Assembly (NCBI RefSeq): GCF_006345805.1
Contig: NC_043009.1
Location: 68,944,001-69,008,000 of the forward strand
Source: Octopus sinensis
Lineage: Eukaryota
Direction of reading: 5' to 3'
Length of the DNA stretch: 64,000 bases
In this document: in pieces, positions 36,400 through 50,480 of the stretch
Layout of the letters: every line of letters begins with the position of its first letter
Position numbering within the stretch: position 1 is the stretch's first letter
Translations under genes and position numbers: made by a program
Notes under the pieces: generated by a model
The model's input: only the letters and a program-made list of their open reading frames with translations
Databases searched by the model: none
Told to the model about the DNA's origin: nothing

Positions 36400-39300
36400 C
36401 TTATATACTGAATAACTGATAATCTTGTTTTATTCTTTGGCTTACAATTATTATGTAGTATCTTATAGTGTATTCTGAGTTTGTGTGTGTGTGTATTATA
36501 TAACTATTTAGATATAATCTCCTGGATTCTTAGCCCTTGAAGTCGTGTATTATAAATTGTTTTGTCCTCATCCAAGTCAAGTCTGATTAAAAACTCCACA
36601 TACACCACACAAAATAGAACATCCATTTACACACGAACACATAATTTCAATTTGTTTTACACAAACTAGTCTGTTTGATTCATATCAGAATTTTGTTGTA
36701 AATAGAAAAGAAAAAAAACACCCAAAAAATCTACTGCAAAAAAATGGAAATAAAATCGGAATAAAGAGAGCAAAATCCCATTGAAGGCAGCATCATTGCA
36801 CCATTGTTGGAATAAGGAGCCTGTCTGCTCTCACTGTTGTCATCAGCTGTGATAATTCTCTTGCTAATTGCCTACAAACCTAATTAAAGCCTCGACACTT
36901 GCTAAGCAGCGTAGATTCTACTGTTAATGCCAAAATCATTTTCTTTTGTTTTCTTTTTTTCCCTAGTTTCTGCTTTTCAGTTATCTTTTATGCTTTCTCA
37001 CAAGATCATTACTTGATTTGTTGTTGTTCTGATACTATTATTATTATTATTATTATTGATTTTAGTTCTTTCTAAAGGTTTTTAGTTCTTTTTAGTGGCT
37101 GTTGTTGTTGTTGTTAGTATATTCTTCACTTTCATCTTGTTTCTGTCTCATCATTTAATTTTATCCAGCTTTTCATTCTCCTTGATTTTCTCTCTATATT
37201 ATTTTGGATTCTTTTTGTTTTACTTCTAGTTTTTTTTTTTACTTCTAGTTTTTTTTTTGTTGTTTTATTTATGTATTTTTTAAGGTGTATTTTCTTTTAT
37301 TTACTACTTTCTCTGGAAATCAATAAATTTTCTTTGTGGAAAATTAAAATGACAAAAAGATTTTTTTTCATTTTTGCAGTTTTTTTAAAAATATTTATTT
37401 TCTGTCATTTTTCTTTTCTCTTCTTTTTATTGAAAAATGTAATAATAATTAAACTTTTTTTAATTTAAATATATTTTTCTAGACCCCCCACCACCACCAT
37501 CTCCCAGTTAAAAAAAATATATATAAACGGTTGGAATTATGTTAGAAAGTTTTTGTTTTTTAATATGCTCATCTATTGTCCAGTAAATTTCCATAGTTTT
37601 TTTTCTTTCTTCTTTTTTTTAGTTTTTTCGGATTTTTAAATGTAATTTGTCTTTACACAATTCTTGAAAATATTGTCTCCATATTTTCAAGAGGTAATTA
37701 TATTTATGCAAAACACAGTCTTTTCGTTCATACATTTTAAGCATTTCTTTATCTTCGTAAATTGATAACTGACTGGACAAATAAAATATTGAATTACCAA
37801 TTCCTAAGACGTATGTTTATGGCAGTGAATTGGCCAAATCATTAGCATCATCACCATCACCATCATCATCATCATTATTTTAACATCCACTTTTCCATGG
37901 CACAATTTCTCATAAGTTAATATCTTATGAAAAATGCTCAAAAGGAAGGCATTAGGTAACCATTTTTTCTATTTGCCCTTAAAAATTCCCAGTGGAAACA
38001 AGGAATCCCCTGTGGTCATTTGTCAGCTTGATGGTACAAGGAACGAAGGAAGTGTGTTCATATCCAAAGGGAACCCTTTTTTATTTTTCTAAATGTCTTA
38101 GCAAAGAAAGGACATTTTCTCTTAGTTCTGTGACTTTTAGGAAGAAAACAGGACATTATTCTCAGTCTGGAGGCCTAAGATGCTTGCAATGGAATGGTGG
38201 GAACCTCTTATGACACCCAGGGGCAAGTGTTGATGCTAAACTGGGTGAGAGGTTAAGTCTACCATTTCAACTTAAGTCTTTGGAGGTTTCATTTTACCTT
38301 GTTGTTGTTTGACACCAGTCAGTCCTGACAGGGTCCACAGATATATGACCATAGTCCTGATAGAGTCCACAGCCATGACCATAGTGTGTTTACTTCTGGA
38401 ATAGCATAACCTCAAACAACATTAGACAATGTGTGCTTTCATTAGATTATAAGTTATTGTTTGAGGGAAATTTGGCTGCTGTCTTTAGCAATTTGAGTGA
38501 CTACAGTTTTACTGTAAAGAATTAGTACCAAATAATGATCAGTTTATTAGTAAACAATACTAAGAACCTTCATTTGAAGCAACCCCCCCCCCCAAGAAAT
38601 CCAAGCTAAATTCTAAGTCTATATAATTAAGCATTTTCCTTTCGATTGTAGGCAGAAGGCTGAAATTTGGCAGGTGCGGGGTGGTTGAATAGGTCAGCCC
38701 TGATGCTAAATTGGTACTTATTTTGTCAACTGTGAAGGGACGAAAGGCAAAATGAACCATGGCAGAATTTTAACTTGAAATACAAAGAGCCTGAAGAAAC
38801 TCTGCTAAGCAGTCTGTCTGATATTCGGTTCTTTTCCTGCAACCCTTTGGCCTTCACATTGTTCTGTCGAAAGTAAAGCTTATTCATTTAAACCATTTTC
38901 AATTAATCGTGCATTATTTTGTAGCTTTGAGATTTTGATCGGGTGCAGGCATACAAGGTGGTGAGCTGGCACAAATGTTACCACGCTGGGTAAAATGCTT
39001 AGCAGTATTTCATCTGCCATTAGGTTCTGAGTTCAAATTCTGCCAACGTCGACTTTGCCTTTCATCCTTTCAGGGTCGATAGATTAAGTACCAGTTATGC
39101 ACTGGGGTCAATCTAATCGACTTAATCCCTTTGTCTGTCTTTGTTTGTCCCCTCTGTTTAGCCCCTTGTGGGCAATAAAGAAATAAGAAGCATGCTTTCC
39201 AACCACATAGTTCCGGGTTCAGTCCCAGTGTGTGGTACCTTAGGCAAGTGTCTTCTACTATAGTCTTGGGCTGACCAAGCCTTGTGAGTGGATTTGGTAG

Positions 39301-40787
39301 ACAAAAATCGAAAAAAGCCTGTGATACATATGTGTGTGTGTGTGTGTGTCTTTGCATTTGTTTGGCCACCACTGCTTGACAATCAGTGTTGATTTGTTTA
39401 CACCCTTAACTTAGCAGTTCAGCAAAAGAGACCAATGGAATAAGTACCCGGTTTAAAAATTAAAAAATAAAGTACTAGGGTCAATTCATTTGATTAAAAT
39501 TTCTTCAAGGTTCTGCCCCAGCATGGCTGCAACCTAATGACTGAAACAAGGGAAAGATAGAAGATAACTGTTAATTTTTAGAATGATATTGTAGGGTTGG
39601 GTGAAAGGTCAGATCCAGCCAGTTTCAGCAGAAAGCAGAATATTATGGTCTGACATGGCTAGTTTGAATGCCAAAAGGTTAAAAACATAACCTCACCTCA
39701 CCCCATACAGCTGCCCCCTACATAAATCAAATAAAAATGTTGACTGATTTAGGCCCAATTCCTATCTACAGTCTAAGATATCACTTCATGCTCCTGAAAT
39801 TGTGGGTTTGTGTCACCCTCGGAAAATATTACTTCCAGTGGGAGCAGGTGTAGTTGTGCAGGTAAGAATTTTGCTTCACAACAACACTGTTCTGAGTTCA
39901 ATACCACAGTGTGGAACCTTGAGCCTGTCTTTTGTCATCGTTCTGAGCTGACAAGTACCTTGTGAGTGGAATTTGATGGAGCAGACAGATTATGTAGCAG
40001 CCTCTCATGTACGTATGTGTGTGTGTGTGTCTTTTTATATACATGTTTATGCATGTTTAAATGTCTTTTGTTGTAAAGATTGAGAAGAAAACGGTGCTCT
40101 TTGAATGGAATCTCCTGCATATTTGTTCTGCACTGAGTTGCTGGAACTTCCTTGTCCTTCTCACCGTCAGAAATACAGTGAAAACGCGACGGGCCCTTTG
40201 GAAACCTGTAGCTAATGATGCTATTGTTCACACGATCTGATTATAATCCATATTCCATATTCAAGTTGAAATTTCTCTTTTTAAAGGCAACAAAAATAAG
40301 ATAAAAAAAAAAGTAGGCAACGAAACAGAACAAAATTCTTTATCTTCATTTCTCTTTTCATCTTTTCCTTTGTCTTCATTTCTTTTGTTTGTTTTTATCT
40401 TCCTCGTCTTCTCATCGTATTGTTTCCCTCTCTTCTTCATTTTCTTTTTCTGTTTTCTTCCTTTTGTATTTTCGATGTGGTGGAGGGTAGGTGAGGTGTA
40501 ATCAGCCATCTGATCAATATCGATATATATTACATTAACAATATCTTGTTTTACTGATTGGTTAACGAGTGAGATTATGAAAAATCAATTAGTTTTTGCC
40601 TCACTTTGAACTCAATAACTAAGGCCTGAATCATGCAGAGTCACTGAGCTTTTGACCTACATTACATGAAGTAGGTGGGGCAGCTATACCGGAACGCAAC
40701 GCCCTCTGTCTGTACGATTTCATGGGTGTGAACCACCAAAGTGCTACTAGACATTCATTTAACATTAACTTAACTCTTATTTTTCAT

Positions 40788-41181
40788 GCACCTGTGCTGG
40801 TGGCTCATAAAAAGCACCATCCGAACGTGGCTGTTGCCAGCGCCGCCTCGACTGGCTTCTGTGCCGGTGGCACATAAAAAGCACCATCCGAACGTGGCCG
40901 ATGCCAGCGCTGCCTTGGCTGGCTTCCGTGCCGGTGGCACGTTTAAAGCACCTACCGATCGTGGCCGATGCCAGACTCCCCTGGCACCTGTGCCGGTGGC
41001 ACGTAAAAAGCACCCACTACACTCTTGGAGTGGTTGGCGTTAGGAAGGGCATCCAGCTGTAGAAACACTGCCAGATCAGACTGGAGCCTGGTGCAGCCCC
41101 TGACTTCCCAGACCCCGGTTGAACCGTTCAACCCGTGCTAGTGCGGAAAACGGAAGTTAAACGATGATGATGATGATGATG
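40788..41181 (+). mobile_element. LINE (probably RTE) 3' UTR-type repeat with about 67-bp internal tandem units and (GAT)n tail
   Basis: Units start at about 40792, 40859, 40926 and 40988; the 3' part GGAAGGGCATCCAGCTGTAGAAA..GTTAAACGATGATG recurs many times (about 1363-1510, 24600-24790, 41497-41640, 55730-55950 and others). Confidence 0.75.
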
Positions 41182-41733
41182 TTGATGGTGTGCTTGAGTA
41201 ATTTATCCCATCAAAATATGCTCATTTTCCACATCAACTCCTCTTTTAGTTCTTTGGGTCTTTGAACTGTGGCCATGCCGGGGCACTTACGTTGAAGAGC
41301 TTTAGTCAATCATCAACTCGGTACTTATTTTCAATTCTGTCACTATTTTATCAACCTGTATTTGCTGCTCTGCTAAGTTATGGACATAAACACAGTCCCT
41401 CTTTTTGCTAAACTATGTCATTGTCTGCCTCTATGACTGTCTTTACAAACTCCCCCCACACACACACTCACATTCATGCATATATATATATATATTGGAG
41501 TGGTTGGCATTAGGAAGGGCATCCAGCTGTAGAAAGCTATGCCAATCAGACTGGAGCCTGGCACAGCCTTCCAGCATGCCAGTCCAGTCAAACCATCCAA
41601 CCCATGCCAGCATGGACAACGGAGGCTAAATGATGATGATATATACACATGCACACACACACACCCACATACACATATACATACACATACACACACATAC
41701 ATACATGCATATATATAGATAGATAGATAGATA

Positions 41734-42730
41734 CAGGGTGTGATGAGTAAATTGTCGCCATTTTAAATTTTTATTTTGTGCATGTGCATTGTTTGTTTTG
41801 AATTTTGTTGACTACACAGTATAGTAGGGTCAATTGGGCACTGTCTGTGAGAAAAACAGCAGCATGACGCAATTCACTCTGCCAGAAATTTGGAGACAAC
41901 ATATTGCATTGCTTGGCATTTGTGCCAGAAGCTCCAATACGGACATTTCAGGGTGTTTGGGTGTCAGTCTGAGGACAGTGCAGAGGATTCGGAAAGAGTT
42001 GGATGAGTCTAATGGTGATTACGAAGGTGCAGCAGCTCAGAAGACTCAATCTGATCGTTCTGATAAGAAAAGAACTCCTGAATTTGTTGGTGAGATCCAG
42101 GCCATGATCGACAGCGACCCCTCAAAGTTAATCAGGGACATGGGAGTGTCTGAGCTTCTTTTCAGGCAGGTAGTGCATGAAGACATTCAGTATTCCTCAT
42201 ACAAGACGAGAAAGGGCCTGTTTTTATCCCAAGCCATCAAGGACAAGAAGAAAGACTATGCTACAAAGCTCTTGGACAGACTCAAGCATCCCCTCCAACC
42301 GAACCTGTTTTGGTTTTTCTTAGATGAGAAAAAATTCTGCTGGGATCAGATGGTGAACACAGAGAACAACCGTTGGCTTGCCATGTTTTCAAATCGTGTA
42401 TTGAGAATGATAAAAATCAAACATCCGATCAGCATTTTGGTATTTGGAGTGATCACTAGTGATGGCGATGTTATGCCTGCTTTGATCTTCCCACACGTCC
42501 TCAGACTCAACATGGAAGCCTACATCAAGTGCCTGGAGGAGGTCATGCTGCCTTGGGTCAAAAGGGTCGCTGCTGGAAGACCCTATGTCTGGTAACAGGA
42601 CTCTGCACCATGCCACACAAGCAGGAAAACCCAGTCACGGCTGTCAGACAATTTCTATGACCACATCAACCCTAACATCTGGCCACCTAACTCCCCAGAT
42701 TGCAACACCACTGATTATTATGTGTGGGGT
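41734..42730 (+). pseudogene. maT / DD37D Tc1-mariner transposase pseudogene with left TIR
   Basis: TA|CAGGGTG left end; ATG at 41864; FFLDEKKF ... YVW*QDSAPCH-(37 aa spacing)-WPPNSPDCNTTDYYVWG gives D..D37D; premature TAA at 42593-42595; right end missing. Confidence 0.92.
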
Positions 42731-42875
42731 ACTTTATATATATAATAATAAATATTAGGGAATAAATCCAAATTTACAGGGAAAAAATCAGATTTAGGAT
42801 TAAATCCAATTTTATAGTAAAATATTATAAAATATTATTAGAGACAAAACCAATATATATATATATAATATATAT

Positions 42876-42910
<35 letters not shown>

Positions 42911-45789
42911 GGAGGCCCAGTGGTTAGGGCAGCGGACTCACGGTCGTAGGATCGCGGTTTCGATTCCCAGACCGGGCTTTGTGTGTGTTTATTGAGCGAA
43001 AACACCTAAAGCTCCACGAGACTCCGGTGGGGGTGGGGGTCCTTGCTGTACTCTTTCGCCACAACTGTCTCTCACTCTTTCTTCTGTTAGCCTGCTCGCT
43101 TAGCCAGCGGGGTGGCATCATTTGATGGCTAAAACAATGGAAAACGCATTGTGACCAGTGATGTGTAGCAACATCTGATAGCCTGGTCGGTCACGGTGAT
43201 ATATATATATATGGCTTTAAGGATATCACAAAAAGCCTGGTTGGAGGCCCGACCATCCAAGTTCTTTTACATTGCTTAGAGAAGCTGTATTTTTTTTTAC
43301 GCAAAGCCAGGAACTTTTCAGCACTCCATCCTCGTCCTTTAACATCCCTTTTCCATTTTCCGGCATGGGTTGGACAGTTGACAGGAGTTGGCCAGCTGAA
43401 GTGTTGCCCTGGTTGCAGCATATATGTTCTGTCAGGGTTTCTATGGCTGGATGCCCTTCCTAATGTCAACCACTTCACAGAGTGTACTGGCTGCTTTTAT
43501 GCTGCACCAGCATGGGTGCATCCATGTGGCACTGGTGCAGGCACTTTTTATGTGGCACCAGACCCACAAGCCCACAAGATTAGAATTACTCAGCTGAAGA
43601 GGGATGCAAGGAACATTCTACTATGCAAAGGCATCCACAAATTTACTTGGCCTGATGTGTCTTCTCAAGCGCAACAAACCACCAGAAGTCTCGGTCCCTT
43701 GTCATCACCTCCATGAGGCCCATCATCTGGAGCTACATATGACGTTCCCTGCACAGTTTCTATGTACCAGTTTCACTAACAAGGGATTATATGCATGAGG
43801 CTCTAGTGGGGAAACATGCTCAAAACGCCACATGGTAGGACTGAACCTGAGACCACATGATTACTATTTGAACTCTTTAACCACAGAACCATGCCTATAC
43901 AGTGTACAATATTTGATATTTACTTAGGGATCCTTTCTTTACTACTCCAACAAGTACAGCAAAAATCTGTGCTTTGCTGAGGAGGTCTAATAAGACCAGA
44001 GCATGCCAGGAGTTATTTCCTTTACTTGCCAGTTATTGACTATTTAGCCATTGAATGAATATTATCTTTCCAGCATAGCAAAATTGTTTTTAATTAACAG
44101 TACAAGGCTCGCTGCATTAAATACAGTAACACTGACTTAGCTTTTATTTTTTCATGTTGATGGCTCCCTTGAGTAATCATCATTATCATCATCATCGTTT
44201 AACGTCACTGCCATTTATTCTTAAAAATATGCTCCCAAATAGTGAGACCGTTGCTACAGTTGCCACTACTATCACACTGACTCATCACATCAATGAGGAG
44301 TTGGTCACTTAACCTGCTAGAATTAACATCAAAATCACCATTCTTAAAAGAAGCACACATTGAATAATGTAGACCTAGATACACAATGCCGAGATTTTAA
44401 CACTATACATCTATAAATGATTCTTTCTCAAGATGAATACTGCAGTTTAGAAGGCTTTCAAGATGTACACATTTTATGTACAAAGATTGCTAAAGAAAAA
44501 AGAACAATGATTAAAGGTCTTCTCAATGTAAGATTTGAACCTCAAACTTGCTGGTTGTAAACTATTAAAGATCAACTTTGATGCCTTTTCACCTCTGTGC
44601 CACCGCAACAGAAATTTAGGTGCACGGAGAGAAAAATTAAAAGGTAGGACAATTTCTGGTGTAGTTGGCTTGGGACTAGTTTTGACTACCTACTGCATGA
44701 TATGGTAGGCCCCCTGGATACACCTGGTACCCCTCCTCTTCATCATCTCTTATCCCAGAAGCCAACAAGTGAGGCTCTACATCAGAGGCTGACAAAAGAT
44801 AAGTTGTGGCCCACAAGTGGGACATTGAGGGATGGTGGGCCTTGGACGGGTCCTAAGTAATTTTCAAATTTAATGTACCTGTGGGCCATTGACCAGATGA
44901 TGGCTTTTTGGTGTTTCCTGCTCGTTATGATTGTTTGACCTGCTAGAAATAACAGCCAAATCTTTCTCAAATGCAATCTGACTGCACAGAGGCTGTTAAG
45001 AGAGTGTAGATCTCAGGTAGATTTTGAAGTTTCTGGAATTGTGCTGGTGATCACTGAGAAGAAATACTCAAAGGGGAAGAAAGAGAGTTGTGTTCTTTGC
45101 AACTGTATTTGAGATTCTTAATGCTTTCAGCATTCCAATTTCTCTGCCAAATGAAATGCTTATTTCTTCACATTGTTTTGAATTAATCATGGATTGTCTG
45201 CTAGCTCTGAGATTTCAATGATATTACTGTCTATTCTTGTGAAGGCACATGGCCCAGTAGTTAGAGCGTCGGGCTCACAATCATGACGCAGTAAGTTCGA
45301 TTCCCGGACCAGGCTGCATGTTGTGTTCTTGAGCAAGACACTTTATTCCATGTTGCTCCAATGGTGCCAAGCTGTATCAGCCCCTTTGCCTTTCCCTTGG
45401 ATAACATCAGTGATGTGAAGAGGGGAGGCTGGTATGCATGGGCGACTGCTGGCCTTCCATAAACAACCTTACCTGGACTTGTGCCTTGGAAGGGAACTTT
45501 CTCGGTGCAATCCCATGATCATTCGTGACCGGAGAGGGTCTTTACCCTTTCTTGTCTATTCTTAGGGTGGGTGTGATAGGCCGGATCTGGTCAGTTTGAA
45601 CATAAAATGGGAAGAATGTGGGCTGGACATGGTCAGTTTCAATGCTGAAGGATTAAAATGAGGTCAATAGAACACAGAAAGTGGTAACGCCTGGGAGGTT
45701 GGTCATTTTGGGAGGAATGGCATGGAGTGTGCAGATTAGGCACTTGGGTGGAGATGGGATGTGCTGCGGGGTGGTTGTGGTGGAATGTA

Positions 45790-45829
<40 letters not shown>

Positions 45830-46958
45830 TATGCTGTAGTGGCGTGTTTCTACAGGTTGTGATAAATCACCATAGAGACAATAAAGACCAAAGCTGTTTG
45901 CTGAGATTAACAAAGAAAAACAAAAACAAAACTAAATGACAGGGAAAAAGTGGGGGGGGCAGTGGTGGTGGTGGTGGCCGTATTTGGGTCGGGTGGGGGT
46001 TTAGTTTAGTGTAAATTTTCACTGTAGTTTATCATAGTTTTCAGCATCAAGTGGCCCTGGTTCATCCTATTACGGCTGATTAAGGGTGAGGAAATAAAAC
46101 ACAATGAATGGAATTTAAAGAGAGGAAGAGGAGGAGGAGAAGAGAAGAGGAACAAATGAATCTCGTTAGCTTAATGCCTCCCTTCATCTTTCAAACTGAC
46201 ATTTTTAATTTCCACAAACACTTATGCTAATTGTTATTCATGCATTGTTATCTGTTCAGTTTTCCTTGTATTATTATTATTATTATCCTTGTCTTTTTAA
46301 AGGCAAGGTGAGATGGTGAGTGTGTGTCAGAACCTACCTGTCCCCCACCCCTGCCCTGTAATTGCACCCTTCCATTCCAAGCTGACCATTGTCATCAATA
46401 ATTGATTATTATTTTCCCTCCCCAATTACTAATGAGTTGTCTTTACAAAGGGTGTGTCGATGATGGTGGTCATGGTAGGAGGACGATCCGTGTGTGTGTG
46501 GTGTGTGTGTTTACATGTTATAACAGCAGAAGGTGAAGTTTGCCTTGTCTCACCCTCTGACATGTTAATACAAGTATTATTGTACATAATGAAACAAAAA
46601 TTATAAAAAACAAAAAACAAAAAAAAACAGATAAACATAATATATAAATATAAACAGAAAAGAAAAAGAAAAAAAAAAGACTGATTCTTTTGCATTGGTC
46701 AATTCTAGATAATTGTCTCTGCTGCCCAACTCATCATTTGCATAAAGTGGTAGAACAAGTTTGCAGTTTCTGTTGATTTTTCTTCTCTTTGTACGTCTCT
46801 CTGTTTTTTTCCTTCTCTTCCCCTCCACTTCTCGCTTCCTCTCTTATTGTCCTTCATTTTCATTCTTCCTCTCAGTTGATCACTCATTCTATTCCTCTTG
46901 CTCTCTGTATCACTCACTCCCTCTATATCATACCTTCACTCACTCACTCACTCATTCT

Positions 46959-47115
46959 ATATCTTACCCTCACTCATTCTTTAATACATCTTGCCCTCAG
47001 TCACTCACCCTCCACATATCATGTCCTCCTCACTCACTCTCCACACACCTTGCCCTCATTCATCACTCTTTCTATACTTTGTCCTCAATCACACTCTTTC
47101 CATACACCTTGCACT
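46959..47115. repeat. Degenerate about 29-bp minisatellite (5-6 units) in a pyrimidine-rich tract
   Basis: Units such as ACATCTTGCCCTCAGTCACTCACCCTCCAC and ACACCTTGCCCTCATTCATCACTCTTTCT. Confidence 0.6.
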
Positions 47116-47499
47116 TGTCTTCTATATTAATATCTTGCTCTCACTTTCTCTCTCGCTAATATTTCCTCAATCACAAAAGCCAATAATTCCACTCTTCCCA
47201 CTTTTATTTCTTCCTTCTTTCTTCTCGGTCACTGATACATTTTTTCCCCATCTGTCCAGCCATGCATCCATCCATGTTGTTCTGTCACTGCAAAAGTGAT
47301 TAACCTATCAGGACACAATATTAACATATTCTTCATATAAAAACAGAAGAATTTATGCCAAAGCATTTTACATGTCACTGATTAAGAAGAACCATTTGCA
47401 TCGATATTTAATCTCACCACTCCCTGCAACACCCCTCTCCCAAACTTTCTGTTAAATCTGCAGATTATTATTATTATTATTGTTAATATTTTAGATATC

Positions 47500-48360
47500 C
47501 TAAGGCAGCGAGCTGGCAGAATCGTTAGCACACTGGGTGAAATGCTTAGCAGTATTTCGTCTGTCTTTACGTTCTGAGTTCAAATTCCGCCAAGGTCAAC
47601 TTTGCCTTTCATCCTTTCAGGATCGATAAATTAAGTACCGGTTGTGTACTGGGGTCAGTCTAATCGACTGGGCCCCCTGCCATCAAATTTCGGGCCTTGT
47701 GTCTGTAGTAGAAAGGGTTATTATTATTATTGTTAATATTACAGATATCCTAAGGCGGTGAGGTGACAGAACTTTTAGCAGACTGGGCAAAATGATTCCT
47801 GGTGTTTCATCCATGAAGGTGGTGAGCTAGCAGAAACGTTAGCACTCCAGGCGAAATGTCTAACGGTATTTCGTCTGCCGCTACAATCTGAGTTCAAATT
47901 CCGCCAAGGTCGACTTTACCTTTCATCCTTTCAGGGTCGATTAAATAAGTACCAGTTATGCACTGGGGTCAATGTAATCGACTTAAATCCGTATGTCTGT
48001 CCTTGTTTGTCCTCTCTGTGTTTAGCCCCTTGTGGGTAGTAAAGAAATGGGTATTTCGTCTGCCGTTACGTTGAGTTCAAATTCCCTTTTTGGGGCCAAT
48101 AAAATAAATACCAGTTGAGTACTAGGGCTGATGTAATCAACTTTCTCCCCTATCCCAATATTGCTGACCTTGTGCCAAAATTTGAAACAATTTTTATTGT
48201 TGTTGTTGTTATTCAGTCTGTGAGCTGGCAGAATCATTAGTATGCTGGGCATCAACTTTGCCTTTCATCCTTCCAGGATCAATAAAATAATAAGTATTGG
48301 CTCAACCCTGGGATCGATGTAATCGACTTATCTCCTCCCCCAAAATTGCTGGCCTTGCGC
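47500..48360 (+). mobile_element. Cluster of nested or tandem SINE family A copies
   Basis: Heads at about 47502, 47752, 47815 and 48220, plus partial bodies. Confidence 0.8.
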
Positions 48361-50122
48361 CAGAATTCGAGATCAATATTAATAGATATTCTATTGTTAT
48401 TGTTTCTTAATGAATGCTTTTAACTACAGTCAATCATGAGATTGTTTTGCTTTAATTAAATGTGTTGGATGATGGCAAACATGATTTGACAAGATGCTGC
48501 TGTAATGACAGACAGACGTCAACTGTAGCACAAGGTCAGCGCAAAGCCGTTGGTGCTTACCTTAAGACATTAGAACTGTTAAGAGAAAATGTCCATACAC
48601 CTTAGCCATCACATCTGGTGATAGTGTTGATGTTAGGTGTGGTTTAGAAGTGGGAGTTTTCAGAATGTCATGAGGAAATTTAAATAAAAGAATATCAAAG
48701 CAATTTATAATAACGAGGATAATTAAAAAAAAAAAAAGAAAATCTTTGGATAGTTTGGTTTGTGAAACTAAAGTGACGGAGAAGTAGAAAAGGTGTTGGA
48801 ATATTGGAATATGGAATACCGATTCATAAGGTCACTAGTTTCAACCCACTGCAGGTATTTTGCTGTTTACGTGCAGGACATTTTAAAAATTCTATATTAC
48901 CTTGAGTTCATCTAGCTGTTGAGAACAGGTAACAAATATTCTTGGTAAAGGTCAATAGGTAATCACCTATTGATAAATGATAAATATCACTGATCAGTGA
49001 AATGTCATGCTGTGTTGATGCTGCTCTTATTTATCATACCATGAGATAACTGATAATACCATCATCTCACCATTATGAGACAGTTTAGTGTGTTGCCAGT
49101 TGAAGGCATTCTTCTTCAAATATTACGAGAGAGGTGTATAATCATACAATAGCAATGCGGATGCTTTAATACTAAGCCAATGAATTTTAATAAATTAAAA
49201 TCCCACCTTTTGTAATTAGAATAATAATGATTATAGTAATGAGCAGTGTTATTTAAATGAATAATTCTTGTTATAAACTCTCTTCGTAGGAAGGAGAATA
49301 AGAGTTTATATGTCTACTCAGAAAGTGAACAACAAACTGTGAGACATGCCAAAGTGGTTTGCTAATTTTTTTCTGACTATGAAGAGGATAATTAGGTGTG
49401 TTTACATCTGTTTAAAGTTTCCCAACAAAAGACTTGTCTGTAGTTTAGCCATTTCAAATTATTCTCGAGTTTTCTAAGGCATGTGAGTGGATCATGTGTG
49501 TGTGTGTGCATGCGTGTGTGTGCTAGTGTCTTCTTGCCTTGGTATTGTGTGTTAGTCGTAAATAAGTGTCACTGTTATGCAGGTGGTGTCCTTTGTTTTC
49601 AATATTCTGTGAAAGCATGTCTGGGTAGAAGGAAATATTGCCTGACTTGGAAACAAGAGAGGGTTGGCGACAGGAAGGACATCTAACTATAGAAAATTGC
49701 TCCCCACCCCAAAATTCTGGCTGACCCATGCAAACATAGAACAAACATTAAAACAATGATGGTGTGTGTGTTTGTGAATTGCTGAGGTGTTAGCAGTGTT
49801 TATTTTTGTGCTATGATGTAGTAGAAAGTTAACAGAAAGGCAAACAGTTGCTGATGGAATCATAACAACATTAGAAAAACTATAATCAAGATGATCCCTC
49901 TTTTTCTGTCCACAGTGAAATTATATAAACAAAGTCATTTATAACTATCCAGTGTAATTAATTAGTTTTTAATTAGTCTCCCCATGCTCTGCCAGCTCAA
50001 AGCTGTAAGTGTATTCTATTTCATTGGCTTCGGTCATTAGAATTTGGTGTTGCCATTAGTGTGTGTGTGTGCACGCGAGCACAAAGGTTCCATAAGAACC
50101 AGGGCCTTGTATAGGTCTAGGT

Positions 50123-50406
50123 CAGTGGTTCTCAACTGGGGGCCATATAGCTCTTGGGGGTCCATTTAAGATTTTCTTGTTAAAATTTATTTTCAGTAAA
50201 GTAGTTATATTTTTACATCACACAAAATATTTTGACAATTTTTTTTAATGCAAAAACCTAATTATATTTAATTTTTTATATTCTTTTATTCTTTTACTTG
50301 TTTCAGTCATTAATATTTTTAAACATGAAATGGTTAGGAGGGTCCACCCGAGTAAAATAAGAATTACAGTGGAGAGGGTAGAGGGGAAAATGGTTGAGAA
50401 GCAGTA
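50123..50406. mobile_element. hAT (Charlie-like) MITE
   Basis: CAGTGGTTCTCAAC ... GTTGAGAAGCAGTA ends; 8-bp TSD GTCTAG(G/A)T at 50115-50122 and 50407-50414. Confidence 0.7.
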
Positions 50407-50480
50407 GTCTAGATTTATTGTATGAAGCAGATGAGATAATCCACTCCAGTAACGTTCTCAAAAGATATTTGGTATCTAGA

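Noticed and set aside
40788-41030. CRISPR-like array
   Set aside because: Contiguous tandem units without unique spacers, in a eukaryotic retroelement UTR; no cas genes.
42911-42980. tRNA gene (also 24823, 28212, 45243)
   Set aside because: tRNA-derived SINE heads that run into SINE bodies and lack a complete cloverleaf and terminator.
48561-48575. 15-nt microexon on the minus strand with GTAAGC donor
   Set aside because: Good splice motifs but no neighbouring exons or host gene to attach it to; expected by chance in 64 kb.
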